Assembly (NCBI GenBank): GCA_052426225.1
Contig: JBNJNM010000012.1
Location: 372,001 to 436,000, forward strand
Reading direction: 5' to 3'
Source of the DNA: Zancudomyces culisetae HAW-14-8
Lineage: Eukaryota; Fungi; Kickxellomycota
DNA length: 64,000 nucleotides
The notes below the pieces were generated by a model, which was not told the origin of the DNA, ran no database searches, and saw nothing but the letters and a program-made list of their open reading frames with translations. Below are positions 1-12,151 of the stretch, piece after piece. Both the position numbers and the translations under genes were made by a program. The stretch's first letter is position 1, and every line of letters starts with the position of its first letter.

Positions 1-1635
1 ACGAACAATGCAAATATAGCAGTTCATGGACGTGGGGCCTATAATTTTGGCCACCAAGCTGAAGTAGATAGATACCAATTTGGTGGGATAGATCTGGATA
101 TATTTAGTCTCGAGTTCCCGGAAACACAGGGAATCAGCATTAAAATTGAAATTGATTGGTTTTCCTCACTGGCACGGTCCGTTTATCGCCACTATTCATC
201 TGTGCTCGTCTTGATGTTTATATGGGCGGTGTCTTGTCAATATGTGCAACTTTCACAGATATTTGCCCAGAAAATCATCACAAAAAAAGATAAAAAATCA
301 GATGTAATAGAGGACGTGCGTGTTATCTCATCGATAACAGCCCTATCCATAATCGGACTGAGAAGATACGGAATGGGTATTATAACATTCATGGTATTGG
401 CAGGGATGTATTTACAAGAAGCGATTTTGTCGAACCAGGTAATAAGTCGGAATAACATTAAACTGCAAATATTCCTTCAAAATCTGCTCTTTGGATACAG
501 AGGAAATGGATACCTCGCCCCTTTGTTTCCTATTCTAACCATCCCTATATCATTTGGGCTTTCTTTTCTACTCTTTTGTATCATGAAACTGATATGCGAA
601 GGACTTGCACTGCTCCTAAGCATCAGAGCCAAAAAAAACCTGTACAATCGCTCCCTGGCCGCGGCTAAGCTTTTTGGAGATGGATCCAAGAGTGACACAC
701 ATTCTGCTGATACTCTTCCTGAGCACTCATACAATATTGGTAGCCTTGCACTCTTTTCTGCTGAAAATGGACCAAACTGTTGTGTTTACCAACTTACAAA
801 GCATTTAAACACATTTGCAGATATAGATGACTACGATACTTCGATGCACGATGGCTATGGGGAAGCTACAAAGAATTGCAACCAGGACTGTGTGATAAAG
901 ACCTCACCAAATACCATAAAAAGTTTGACCATCCCCGGATCATCATTTTCTCTTTATGGAATGTTCCGACCGATATTTGTAATCAAAAAAACATTAATTA
1001 TGTTGGTCGTGGTTTCAGTACTGGTGAACTTTTTTGTTCCATATCAGCTGATTTTTATTGCTGTGTTTATATGTCAAGCGTTAATTGTAATCCGAAAGAG
1101 CAGCTACTGTCGACTGATAAATGACCTACTAAACCCAGCTCACCGTAAAAAATGTTTAAAATGCGCAAATCTAGTCCGATACTACAAAAACGCCGTAAAC
1201 TACCGGCTTGGGATGTTGTATATTTGGTTCCAGTTGATTCCTTTCTGTGTTTTTGAATCCCTAACATGGTTTAGAAACATTAGTGTCCATTGGTTTGACA
1301 ACGCAATGAGCGCACACCAGTATTTTAGGATTTTGCCCATTCTTCTTCTGATCACTTTGTCATGCAAAGTATTGACAACACCATCAAGCCATCTCGACAT
1401 GAGGAAATCCAATGGAAGTAATATGAAAATCGCTGGCATTTCTGGCGATTCCCTTGAAACTTTTTACAAGAACAACAGATATTATATTACAAAACTGGTC
1501 ATAAAATGGTTTTATTTTTCGATAATTGCCATTTCGGCACTGTTCGGGTTTGCAAGACCGTTTCTGATGTATGACTTCAATCTGCTAATCTCATTATTTA
1601 TCATTTTATTGTACTTTTTAGAGTCAAAGTATTAA
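1..1635 (+). CDS. BST1: GPI inositol-deacylase (PGAP1/Bst1), C-terminal multi-TM portion; 5' end outside window
   Basis: Frame is open from base 1 (TNNANIAVHGRG...IEIDWFSSLARSVYRH) into ORF 202..1635. Segments VPYQLIFIAVFICQ and WFRNISVHW...HQYFRILPILLL resemble the Bst1 C-terminal TM region. The catalytic domain is not in the window. Confidence 0.7.
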   Translation, partial: TNNANIAVHGRGAYNFGHQAEVDRYQFGGIDLDIFSLEFPETQGISIKIEIDWFSSLARSVYRHYSSVLVLMFIWAVSCQYVQLSQIFAQKIITKKDKKSDVIEDVRVISSITALSIIGLRRYGMGIITFMVLAGMYLQEAILSNQVISRNNIKLQIFLQNLLFGYRGNGYLAPLFPILTIPISFGLSFLLFCIMKLICEGLALLLSIRAKKNLYNRSLAAAKLFGDGSKSDTHSADTLPEHSYNIGSLALFSAENGPNCCVYQLTKHLNTFADIDDYDTSMHDGYGEATKNCNQDCVIKTSPNTIKSLTIPGSSFSLYGMFRPIFVIKKTLIMLVVVSVLVNFFVPYQLIFIAVFICQALIVIRKSSYCRLINDLLNPAHRKKCLKCANLVRYYKNAVNYRLGMLYIWFQLIPFCVFESLTWFRNISVHWFDNAMSAHQYFRILPILLLITLSCKVLTTPSSHLDMRKSNGSNMKIAGISGDSLETFYKNNRYYITKLVIKWFYFSIIAISALFGFARPFLMYDFNLLISLFIILLYFLESKY

Positions 1636-1838
1636 AAATAAACACACTTTTTCGTTCAATTTACCCAAGCCATATTCCAAGACCAAGTAATTACAAATTA
1701 TAAAACTAATGATGTAAAAAAAAGAAACTAGAGTCTGTAAAACATGAATGCGAACAATATTTATTCAAATGAAATGAAATGGAAAAAAAAAACCTGAAGC
1801 ATTCAAAAACTAGCAAAAAAAAAGACAAAGCAGGAACC

Positions 1839-3947
1839 TTACAATGTCCAGGTAGTAGTGTTTGTATACTTTCCAATCCATTGGAATGCCTCTGAGAACC
1901 ATTGCAATCCATTGTATGGTTGAAGCACCCAGTGGTTCTCGTCAGGGAAGTACAACAATTTGGAATCGACACCACGTCTCTGCAAGGCGGTAAAGGTTGA
2001 TAGACCTTCCGTGATTGGAAGTCTGTAATCCAACTCGCCGTGAATAATAAGCATAGGTGTTTTCCAGTTGGCTACATATCTTTCTGGGTTGAAGCGCTCC
2101 ATCACTTCGCGCTCCTTTGGAATCCATGGTGTTCCAGAGTCTTTTTCCATGAACCACAATTCATCAGTAGCGTAGTATGATGAAACTGTACTGAATGTGC
2201 CATCATGGTTTACAAGAGCCTTAAATCTGTCAGTTTGTCCATTGATCCAGTTGGTCATGTAACCTCCGTATGATCCACCCAATCCAACAACTCTATCTGC
2301 GTCGGCTCCGCAGGCTTCTTGAAGGAAGTAGTCCAGACCCTTCATTATATCCTCATATGGGTATGAGCCCCAGTTGCGTCCAATAGTGTCAACAAACTCT
2401 TGTCCATATCCTGGACTTCCGTGGAAGTTGATGTTGATGGTAAAGTAGCCCTGTGATGCATACATGTTTGAGTTCCATGCATAACTAAATGATCTCAACC
2501 ATGCTTGTTGTGGACCACCGTGGATCATGACAGCTACTGGATATTTCTTTGATGGGTCATAGCCATATGGGTACATCATGTATCCTTCTACTTGTTCGTT
2601 CAAAGCACCAGTAAACTTGAATGTGTATGCATTTGTAAGATACAAAGAGCTCAACAACTCATCATTTTCTGTTGAGACCTTGACTTTGTTCTTGGCTCCA
2701 TCAGCCTTTAGAGTGAAGATGGTCATTGGGTGGCTAAGTGCTGCAGCCAACACGAGGAGAGTGTTGTCACCGAGTTCGTCAAAGAAAGCAAGGTTGCTTG
2801 CATCTGAAAGTTGGGTGTTCTTCTTGGTAGCAAAATCGTATCTGAAGAGTGCGTTGTCAACACTAATTCCTGTAATATGGAACAATGATTTTGAGTCTTC
2901 TGCAAATTTAAGTGATCCTGGGCTGAGAGTCCATCCCATGTCAACCTCTGATACTTGATTTGTGCTGAGATCCATCAACATGACTCTGTTTCTATCGGAT
3001 TCATACCCTTTTGTGTTCATTTGCAACCATGCCAAGTATTTGCCATCTGGAGAGTATGCTGGTGCTGAGCAGGCTCCTGGGTTGTTTGGTGTTACGCTTA
3101 CTGGTGGCTGTGATGCGTCAACTGGTGAAACAAATATATCATTCTTTGTAGACCATGATTCCTCTACTCCTGGAATCTTGGCGGCGTATGCAATGTTCTT
3201 ACCATCAGCCGAGAAAACAAAACTGACTGGCTCTAGACCCCAAGCACCGGTATAGCCGGCAGCAACGTTTACTGGGGTTCCTGTAACGGCGTATGTACCA
3301 TCAACCTTATCAATTGGCAATGTAAAGAGTTGTGCTCTGGTCTTTGGAATGTATGTGTCCCAGTGACGTACAAACAAATGGTCGTATACAACGCCAGAGT
3401 ATGGGATGGCAGACATTTGTTCAGCCTTATCTGCGGATTCGTCTATTCCCAAACCTGGGTATACATCGGAATTAAATGCCAATCTCTTTGCGGCTGAGCT
3501 GTAGACCAAAGTGTACACGCTGTTTGTAAAGTTTGTCAGCTGGCTTATTTTGTTGTCCGAGACTGTTACAGTAAACACGTTCAAGGCTGGTGAACCACGA
3601 ACTGCTGAGAAGGCTACGGTATCGGAATCCAGCCAGACTGGAGATGTATCTGATCGACCCTCCTTGTATGTGGTCAAGTCCCGAGATTTGAAGTTGTTTG
3701 CAATGTCCATAACTCTGAGACTAGTTCCGACTTTGTTTGCGGTTCTGTTGAAAAACCATTGGGTATAGACGGCATTTTTCTTATCTGGTGAAACAGAGAG
3801 CGCGCCCAAACGCTTGATTGCAAACAAATGGTCGGGAGTGAATCTTTCGACCTTGCTCCAATCTGGAAGATCGGATGGTGGAGCGTCAAAGATCCCTGCG
3901 TTTGTTACAGAGATCAGCCCCAAAACTGAAACTATTGTTAGCTTCAT
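1839..3947 (-). CDS. DPP5: Secreted dipeptidyl-peptidase V (peptidase family S9)
   Basis: Signal peptide MKLTIVSVLGLISVTNA; beta-propeller region with LFVRHWD and ESDRNR; IHGGPQ; nucleophile GGSYGG; Asp in GELDYRL; His in FPDENHW. Intronless, 702 aa. Confidence 0.93.
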   Translation of the reverse strand: MKLTIVSVLGLISVTNAGIFDAPPSDLPDWSKVERFTPDHLFAIKRLGALSVSPDKKNAVYTQWFFNRTANKVGTSLRVMDIANNFKSRDLTTYKEGRSDTSPVWLDSDTVAFSAVRGSPALNVFTVTVSDNKISQLTNFTNSVYTLVYSSAAKRLAFNSDVYPGLGIDESADKAEQMSAIPYSGVVYDHLFVRHWDTYIPKTRAQLFTLPIDKVDGTYAVTGTPVNVAAGYTGAWGLEPVSFVFSADGKNIAYAAKIPGVEESWSTKNDIFVSPVDASQPPVSVTPNNPGACSAPAYSPDGKYLAWLQMNTKGYESDRNRVMLMDLSTNQVSEVDMGWTLSPGSLKFAEDSKSLFHITGISVDNALFRYDFATKKNTQLSDASNLAFFDELGDNTLLVLAAALSHPMTIFTLKADGAKNKVKVSTENDELLSSLYLTNAYTFKFTGALNEQVEGYMMYPYGYDPSKKYPVAVMIHGGPQQAWLRSFSYAWNSNMYASQGYFTININFHGSPGYGQEFVDTIGRNWGSYPYEDIMKGLDYFLQEACGADADRVVGLGGSYGGYMTNWINGQTDRFKALVNHDGTFSTVSSYYATDELWFMEKDSGTPWIPKEREVMERFNPERYVANWKTPMLIIHGELDYRLPITEGLSTFTALQRRGVDSKLLYFPDENHWVLQPYNGLQWFSEAFQWIGKYTNTTTWTL

Positions 3948-5339
3948 GTTTAGCTTTTTGTCAATAAACTGCAGTTTAATTAAATTAATAGTTCTAAAAG
4001 TAATAAATTAGTAAAATAACAGGTCTTGCAAACGGTGAAGACGGATAGCTATTTATACTTGATCTAATCCCTTTGCATAACCACACTTTTTAACAGTAAC
4101 ATCAACGTCCGTTGCAACTAGTACAGATCGCGAAGCCATTCAACTAAAAGCCGAAACTTTCACATGAGTGGCTATATTGGCTTTTCTACGCTCAAAGGGC
4201 GTTTACACTCTCTTTCCTCTCACTTGCCTCCTCTCATTATGAAACACACTCTGCCATTTTACCATATTTTGACTTTGTGTTTGTATAGCTTGAATTGTAT
4301 TTGATTTGATGTTCGTTATTTACCTAATGTTGGCTTAATTTCAAATTAAATCAATTTAAGTAATTTGTTGATAATTTTACAATAGCGGAATTGGGAAATC
4401 ATCCATCTTTTCTTTGCGTTGATATTACTGGGGCTGGCTTTTTAATAATCAACTAATATAATTCTTTTATTTCGTCAGCAAACTTGGCCCTCATTCTAAC
4501 CACAAATTGCGTAAAGTCATAGAAACTCAAATAGGCTTCAAACCAAATGGCTGGCATAGCTTTTTCCGCTAAAATATACGGTGTTTATTTGCCCATAATA
4601 TTGGAGTTCAAGCCCTTAAACGAGCCATTCTCTTAAAAAAGCATATCAGTAATATTTTATCATTGATTTTATGGCTATCAGCAACAATATTCCACTCTTA
4701 TTCTGTTCTCATATAAACAATGCAAAATGTTTCAGTCACGTTTGGAAATGTACTTTCAAACCACCTATAGCTATGATTATATGCACGTAACTGTTTACTA
4801 TACTCGATGATGAGTATTTTGAAGTGTATATAGATTTTTTTCGCCAAAATAAAAAAAACTTTGAATTCCTCAATGTATTTGAAATTTCAACCTTTGTCTC
4901 TACAGATTATACTAGAATAATTGTAGAATAGCTTCAATAAACTCGTAGTAACACATGTATTAATATATTTATAAATTTAAATCAATTTCAAATTGTAATT
5001 GAAATCCGGATTGGATCAAATATATGCATTGATTTCTCTTCTTTTGTCTTGTAAAAATGTTATAGGTTATTTGTACAATTTGTTGCATCTTAAAATGTTT
5101 GCCACCCACTAGGAAAAAAATTATAACATGATATATTTTTTAACTGTTTCAGTTATTATTGCACAGAATACCAATACTTTTGGATACCATTTCGCATTTC
5201 ATATTACTGGTAAATTTCTGCTGGTATCGGTATACTCTATTTTACCTTTCCCTACTCTAATCTACCTGAGCTTGGTTTGATTTATCAAATGTACAATGCG
5301 AACAAGCTCAAAAATTAAATTTCTACTAGTAATGGTAGA

Positions 5340-7545
5340 TTTTGTTTCATTACTCCTCTTCAGGGCTAAACATGCTTAACTATAAACCATAGTAAACACG
5401 ATTCCAACTGACATAGAGTACATTCCAAGTGTTTCTTGAATTTTTAGTGTTTGTTACTGCACTTAGTAACCTGACTTTCTTTTACCATATCAATTGCAAC
5501 AATTAATATTAAGAACTCCGCCATTGAATTACAAATAAAAGAAGCTGTGGAAATGGGTAATATTGACGCTGTGCAACCATACTCGTAGAATCAGATACAG
5601 CTGCGATTGCTGGTGTTTCTGTTTTAGTTAGAAGCCCCAAGGCCTTGATGTACCATGTGGCCCTTTTTTGTGTTTTCTGGAGCCTCTATTCGTGCTTCAT
5701 GGGTTACAGGGTCAAGTTTTTTTAGTAGTGCTGGTTTTACAAAGTACATACAAAATTGCTCAGAATTACTAATTACATCATCAGTCGAGCTAATTGTGAT
5801 AATTTAAATGGTACTGCTGGATACTTGCAATACTCAATCAAAACTAGTGTTTACAACATCATTATCCACATTTGGTAGCGCAGAATACCCGAAATTTGCT
5901 ACTTCTCATTTGCTTCATCCCCAGTTGATATGCGGTTAGCCCCGATTACTATTAGTCATCATCATTTACAAATCATAGCCACAAACCCAGTCACAAGCTC
6001 TATTAATAATAAGGAAAGCTGGTTCCTACATATTGAACGGAGACTAGGGAGTAAAAAAAAATGTTTTTTTCCCCAGAATCCCTTTTTGAGCTTCGCACTA
6101 GTGGAAGAAGAAAAGTCTTACCTTTGCCCATTGAGGTGTCCTTTTTCTCTTAGAGCCCTTTTCAAAGAATGTAACAAGTGCAAGTGGTTGGTAGAGTGGT
6201 GCATGTTTCATCATTTAAAAATTTATCGACAAAAGTGATTTACATTTACACGAGTAACTATTTCAAATTGTGTTGTTGGCAATTGGATCATTTACCTCCA
6301 TTTTAAATAGATCTGAGTCTTTTTTGGATCCGTTTAATAACCAACTTGTACAAATACCTACGACTGCAATATTGGTTAAATACTGCCACATTCTTTATCC
6401 GTTGGTTAGCACGAAAAACAGGAAGCATAGCAGTCATTTAAACAGTTTTTGGATTTACCATCCCACAGTATCAGGTCTCACACATTCACAAGAATAAAAA
6501 ATGATGCATATGATTATTATTTTTTCTGCTAACCCTCCTATCACCACATCCAGCTGAAAGAAGGGGCAGAAATAGGCTCAGGTTGATGTAACAGTAATGC
6601 CAGAGATAATTTTATCAAACTGGCAATTTTTTTTTGTTTGTTATTACAAAGCCACATCCTTTTACTTACCTATCCCAAGGTTTTCCCAGAAGCATCACAT
6701 CTATTAATTTTCCTCGTCCATATCTTTTTCTCAGGGTTAAAAGATCTAAAATGTGTGTAAATGTGAAAATATACAGCTTTGCATAACAAATAGTTGTAAC
6801 CAGGTAATAAACCAAATACAACTAAATTGCGATTAGAGATGGCCCTCTTTACGTCCTTGCAAAATTCCAGTACATTTATGTGTACACGGGGTTGTCTTAT
6901 TCTTTAGTTGTAAAACGCAACAAAGTTTAATGATTAATACTTTGTGGGCTGATCCAAACAAACTGTTGTTGAAACAAAAGGTGTACTGCACGAACAATTG
7001 TTTCCAACCATCATATAAAATAGAATGCATAAAAACATCATAGTGTGTAAAAATTTCTGCGTTCTGAGATGACTTTCACCCATCACCCGCTATATATTTG
7101 TGTATACTTGTTTGCCTGTTTGCTCTGCTACGTGGATCTTTTAAACAAAAAAATACACTTTGGCCGTAGTTTTCAATTAAAGCCTTGTATCTCATTAATA
7201 ATGTATTCGAGCTATGGTGTTAGGATGTTTGGGTCTTTAGCTTAGTAATAGAAATTGCTGTGTAATTTTTTATTCTCAAATTCATCTATTCATATCCACA
7301 ACTTCACATAACCACTATTCAAATAAACTGTTGGCAACTAAACATAGATACATATTCATATTTTATGTTAATACCTAATGGTTCTGTCAAATTTCTTTTG
7401 TAAAATTGTATTTAGGAATAAGTGTCGAAATCCAGTATATTGCGCTCTGGTTCATGTAACACAACTGACTGAGTAAATATCCGATCCTATTCAACTAGCT
7501 TTTGTATATCAGAATTGAGTTGGAGTAATATCACTGTCTACAGTT
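5340..7545 (-). pseudogene. Possible decayed protein-coding gene of unknown identity; boundaries approximate
   Basis: Minus-strand stretches read as protein with sparse stops, e.g. GYSALPNVDNDVVNTSFD*VLQVSSSTI*IITISSTDDVISNSEQFCMYFVKPALLKKLDPVTHEARIEAPENTKKGH (~5650-5890) and TVILLQLNSDIQKLVE*DRIFTQSVVLHEPERNILDFDTYS*IQFYKRNLTEPL (~7375-7540). An exon-like TTTTAG...GTAAGT block lies at ~6670-6745. No family recognised. Confidence 0.3.
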
Positions 7546-8423
7546 TGTTTTTATTTTACAATCATACATCAACAGCTCAGTCTTTTAGAGTATGTGCTTT
7601 AGAAGTGGAAGATAAATAAAAACTATATTAAATATCACCTAGATAAGATTGTTATGAAACAAGTATGGCTAAAGCTACTGATGGCTGTATAAGTTTGCTT
7701 GTAAGTCGATGATGTAACTGCATCCTAATTTTTAGTACATGTGGGGAATATTTCAGTATGTAGTGAGTGTAATAAAAGTCATTAAAAAAATACAAGAATT
7801 ATGCCTTTTATATTCCAATGGTGGTGTTCGTCTATATAAACGAAGTGATTTGATTGAAAACAAAAAAATAAAGTTGAAGGTATGCTTTTGTCCTACACTT
7901 TTTATTATTATTTATCAAACTCTAATTTTAAATCTAAATACCTACAAATGCAATACTCAGGTTTTAGAAAATGTAAAAATTACATCAAAGAAGGGTCTTT
8001 AAAAAATAAAGCAAAAAATGGGTAATAAACTGTAATAACGCTTTGTACTTTTAAAAAAATATATTATCGCATCATAATAACCGTAGTGGAGACAAATTCC
8101 TGCTAAGAAATAAACTCTTTCAGCCAACCCAATAAAAATGTATTTGTAGAACAGATTTTTCAAATCAAGTATACATGCGGAAAAAAACTAACTCTACAAA
8201 ATAAAAACAAATATTTGACATCAGGTCATAGTTTCTACATGTATTTAGAATTTTACAAAAGGATCGGGTACCACGGGATTTATATATAGTCAAAGGAGCG
8301 AAATAAACAAATAAACAAATAAAGATCAATACTTCTAAAATAGGCTTTGAACAAAGTAATAAGCAAAATCCGAGCAAGAAAGGTGTAAAATCAAAACAAA
8401 ATCAAAAGAAAAATAGAAGAAGA

Positions 8424-11400
8424 ATGGCTGAAAAAGCCAAATATGAGGTGGTAGATGAATTAATTAGGGGTGTAGGTAGTAAAGAGAAGAAAAGTATTTC
8501 CAATAATCGGAGAGGGACGCTTATAGAGCCACCTAAAAATCCAGTCAATCTAGGTATTAAATATCGCACAAACTCTGGAGCCAGACATTATCAAGTAGGG
8601 TATGGCAGTAGAAAATCATCCGGTGATCATCGAGAAAAAGGCACAGATCTTTTGAGGGGTGCAAAGCGACGTAGACTTAGCGGAGTACCAGAACAAAACC
8701 CCCAGCCTAGGGGACGTGTGAGAGAAATCCAAAATAATTTAAATGGAAGAGGAAAAAGGAAAAGTATATCAGTTGAATTGGGAGAAGGAAAATTCAACAA
8801 TCGAAATATACTCAATAGTATCATTACCGATCATAAAAAAAGTGGCGAGAAAGAAGTGCAGGGGAGAGACGAGGAAAAAGTAAAAGGAAATAAGGTAGAA
8901 AAAGAACAGAGTATAGAAGTGATCACTGAATCTTTCACTAAATCGAAGGAAGATCCGCAACCGATAGCAAAAATACACGATAAAAGGGGGATAATCAAAG
9001 TTTACGATCTGAGTACAGATTCTGAAGAGGACGAACCGGGCGAGGGGGTTATCAACGAAGATACTATGAAAGATGTGAAGAAAAACAAAGGAGATGAGGG
9101 AGAAGAAGAAGTTACAGAAATTAAAGAAACCCCGCTTAAAGAGAGTAAGAATAGTGCAGATACAACACAAAAGTCCGAGTTGATGGAAATAATCGATACT
9201 ACGTCCGAATCTGCATCCGCATCTGAATCCGAATCTGGATCAAAATCTGAGCCCGAATTAGGATCTGGATTTAAATCTGATTCTGAAAGGGACGGGGATA
9301 GCTTTTTCAGCATTTTGAAACAGGATGCGGCGAAAAGCAGCAATTCGTGTGTAGGTGTAGCAATTAAACCAAAGGATAGTAATACTGTAGTAATAGGTAG
9401 TAGAGTGGAGCAAAAAAGTAGCGAAAGTATTGAAATTTACAAAAAATCCTACGAGAAACAACAGAGCAAAGGAAAAAGTGTACAGAGTAATGAACTAGAG
9501 AAAAGGGTTGAGGAGAACCTAAATATTGGTCCTAATAAGCGGGAGTTACGGAGAAGGACAATTGGGCTGGCATTTCCGAGTCATCAACCATTGGTTATCA
9601 ATAGACTCAAGACAAAAGAACAAAGCACGTCCAAACAAGTAAATAGTGAAGATGTGACAGTCATGTATAAAGATAGATCAACTCACAACAGGATGAAGGG
9701 AGAAATGGGTCCGGGTGTAACAGAAGTACATGTGCAGGATAGGAGCAGGGATTTTGTTTCGGCCTTGCGATTAAAGATTAGAACAGCGATTATTGGTGGG
9801 AGTAAATTGAGTGAGCTGGAGGGTACCGATGCGGAAATAAATAGTTTTTCACACGGATACGTATTGGAGGTACAGATGAGGGATGCGAAATTTGTGTTGC
9901 TAAAAGATGGGAAGCAACTGATGGATATTCCAGTAAAAGGACTGGATGTGTTAGACTACTCGTCAGTAGAAGAAGCTGTAATAATACACATGATAAGTAA
10001 TGTAGACATTGTACGGGCAAGGGGACAAGGGGGAACAAGCACAAATTCGGAGAAAAAACAAAACCAGAATGGTGGTGAAGAGGAGAGGAGGGAAAAGAAA
10101 AGGACTAGTAGTGTGCGAAAAATAAAGATTGCATTTAGGATGGATATGCGGAACGCGAGAACAATTGATGTAGTAAAAAGTAACAAAGTGTTGTTGTATC
10201 TGCAGAAAATGGCTAGAGGAAATCTTATACTGGGAGTATTAGGGGAGAAAACTCACAATATGCTGATGGACGCGCTGAAAACCAACAAAGAGTTGGTGGC
10301 TGAAAGACGAAGAAGGGAGTTAGTGAATGAACGGGCCAAGCTGGGGCTTGGAGATAATCAACAAAGAGTAGAACAAAGGAAAATGCATCAAGAAGTGGTG
10401 GTGATCGATAATTCTGTAAAAATACAAGAACCGAGCAATAAGTATGTGATGCCACAGACAGAAGAAAGACGAATGACGGAGGAGACTGCTGTTTCTGAAA
10501 AAGATGCGAGAGTAAATCGTACGAATGTGCGTAGATACAGCACACGACTATCGATGTCGAGCGCGGTGCCAAGAGAAAAAGAAAAAGAAAAGGGCGAGAT
10601 GGGCAGAGAAATCGAGAAGTTAATAACATCAACAGCAATAGTGGAAATATCACCATCAAAAGCTGCAGAAAAACCAGAAGATGTTGAATCTAGTAAAAAA
10701 GAAAAGGGAGGGAAAGAAGGGGAAGCGGATTCGGTATTGCTAAAGGACGATGTGGAGTTTGGAAAGCAAAAATCCAAAACACAAACGTTATTTGTATACC
10801 CACCAAAAGGGAAAAATCCGATAATGGTATTGAGAGATGACATTTACCGGTTGAAAGAGGGTGAGTTTTTGAATGATACAGTGATAGAAGTGTATATCAA
10901 GATGCTAAGTGAGCAGTTGCAATCGAATAACAATACACTTTTTGAGGAGTGTTTCTTTTACAGTCCATTTTTTTATGAGCAGCTGGATAGGTATAAAAAG
11001 TCGTATAGTAAAGACGAGGAAGAGAATGTTGTAGATGCTATGTTGAAGCAATATGGGCGGGTGAAGCGGTGGACGAGTAAAGTGGATATTTTCAGTAAGA
11101 AATATTTGTTTGTTCCGATAAACAAGAACTTGCACTGGTTTTTAGTGATTATAGTCAACCCATTCAAACTAAAGAACTATTCTAAGGAGCAAAGTAGCAC
11201 AATTGAGGAAAAAACTGAGACAATGAGTGATGTAAATAAAGGTTGTAGTACTAATGACACTCTAGAAAGAGATAAAGAAGACAGGAATGAACAAGAAGAA
11301 GAGGAGGGTAATAATAATAGCAGTAGTGGTAGCAGTGGTGATGGTGATGGTGATGGCGATGGTGGAGAGGATAATGGGGATGAGGTAGATGTAAACGATA

Positions 11401-12146
11401 TAAACACCGCTAGTGACACCAACAAATCTGGTGACACTAGTAATGATATTAACAATTCCGAAACAACCGAGGGAGAACAAGATGAAAAGAAACACAAAGT
11501 ATACACCATAAAGGAGTTGGAGCAAATGACAAGGGAGGGGATAGAGAGCGACAAGGGCGCTGAGACAGATAATGGTATTGGAGAGAACGAAGCTGGTGGA
11601 AAACAAAATGAAAGTGAAGCGAAAAATAGTGGCAAAAAGGAGGAAAAACCAGCTATATACCGCAACGTAAACGAAAAGACATGGATATTAGTCTTGGACT
11701 CCCTGGGAGGAAAGCATCACGGAGCAGTGGTAAAGACACTCAAAAAGTATTTAGAATGTATGGTTTTACAAAGTACAATTGAGCCTACCGATACTACTGA
11801 TACTACTGATACTACAAACATTACCGACACTACCAACACTGGCGATACACAGTCAGAGCTGCATTTGAAATATACACAGCATGTAAAAAATTCAGCCAAA
11901 ACCGTCTACGCCAAAGTTCCATTGCAGCCAAATATGTGCGATTGCGGGATGTTTTTACTGGAGTATATTGAACGATTTTTAAAAAACCCCGAGTTTTTCA
12001 CGCTGTATATGGCCAACCGAGGCAATGCTTTATCAACATGGTTTCCAACCTCTGCTATCCGTGAGAAACGTTCTTCAATGATTAAACTGTTTGTTAAATT
12101 GACCAAAGAATATATTGATGGTAAAAAAATAAACTTGCAAAAATAA
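8424..12146 (+). CDS. ULP2: Ulp2/SENP6-7-like SUMO isopeptidase (peptidase C48)
   Basis: LFVYPP, FLNDTVIEVY, VKRWTSKVDIFSKKYLFVPIN, catalytic HWFL, LDSL and QPNMCDCG. Long disordered N-terminus and an acidic insert within the catalytic domain. Confidence 0.9.
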   Translation: MAEKAKYEVVDELIRGVGSKEKKSISNNRRGTLIEPPKNPVNLGIKYRTNSGARHYQVGYGSRKSSGDHREKGTDLLRGAKRRRLSGVPEQNPQPRGRVREIQNNLNGRGKRKSISVELGEGKFNNRNILNSIITDHKKSGEKEVQGRDEEKVKGNKVEKEQSIEVITESFTKSKEDPQPIAKIHDKRGIIKVYDLSTDSEEDEPGEGVINEDTMKDVKKNKGDEGEEEVTEIKETPLKESKNSADTTQKSELMEIIDTTSESASASESESGSKSEPELGSGFKSDSERDGDSFFSILKQDAAKSSNSCVGVAIKPKDSNTVVIGSRVEQKSSESIEIYKKSYEKQQSKGKSVQSNELEKRVEENLNIGPNKRELRRRTIGLAFPSHQPLVINRLKTKEQSTSKQVNSEDVTVMYKDRSTHNRMKGEMGPGVTEVHVQDRSRDFVSALRLKIRTAIIGGSKLSELEGTDAEINSFSHGYVLEVQMRDAKFVLLKDGKQLMDIPVKGLDVLDYSSVEEAVIIHMISNVDIVRARGQGGTSTNSEKKQNQNGGEEERREKKRTSSVRKIKIAFRMDMRNARTIDVVKSNKVLLYLQKMARGNLILGVLGEKTHNMLMDALKTNKELVAERRRRELVNERAKLGLGDNQQRVEQRKMHQEVVVIDNSVKIQEPSNKYVMPQTEERRMTEETAVSEKDARVNRTNVRRYSTRLSMSSAVPREKEKEKGEMGREIEKLITSTAIVEISPSKAAEKPEDVESSKKEKGGKEGEADSVLLKDDVEFGKQKSKTQTLFVYPPKGKNPIMVLRDDIYRLKEGEFLNDTVIEVYIKMLSEQLQSNNNTLFEECFFYSPFFYEQLDRYKKSYSKDEEENVVDAMLKQYGRVKRWTSKVDIFSKKYLFVPINKNLHWFLVIIVNPFKLKNYSKEQSSTIEEKTETMSDVNKGCSTNDTLERDKEDRNEQEEEEGNNNSSSGSSGDGDGDGDGGEDNGDEVDVNDINTASDTNKSGDTSNDINNSETTEGEQDEKKHKVYTIKELEQMTREGIESDKGAETDNGIGENEAGGKQNESEAKNSGKKEEKPAIYRNVNEKTWILVLDSLGGKHHGAVVKTLKKYLECMVLQSTIEPTDTTDTTDTTNITDTTNTGDTQSELHLKYTQHVKNSAKTVYAKVPLQPNMCDCGMFLLEYIERFLKNPEFFTLYMANRGNALSTWFPTSAIREKRSSMIKLFVKLTKEYIDGKKINLQK

Positions 12147-12151
12147 GAAAA

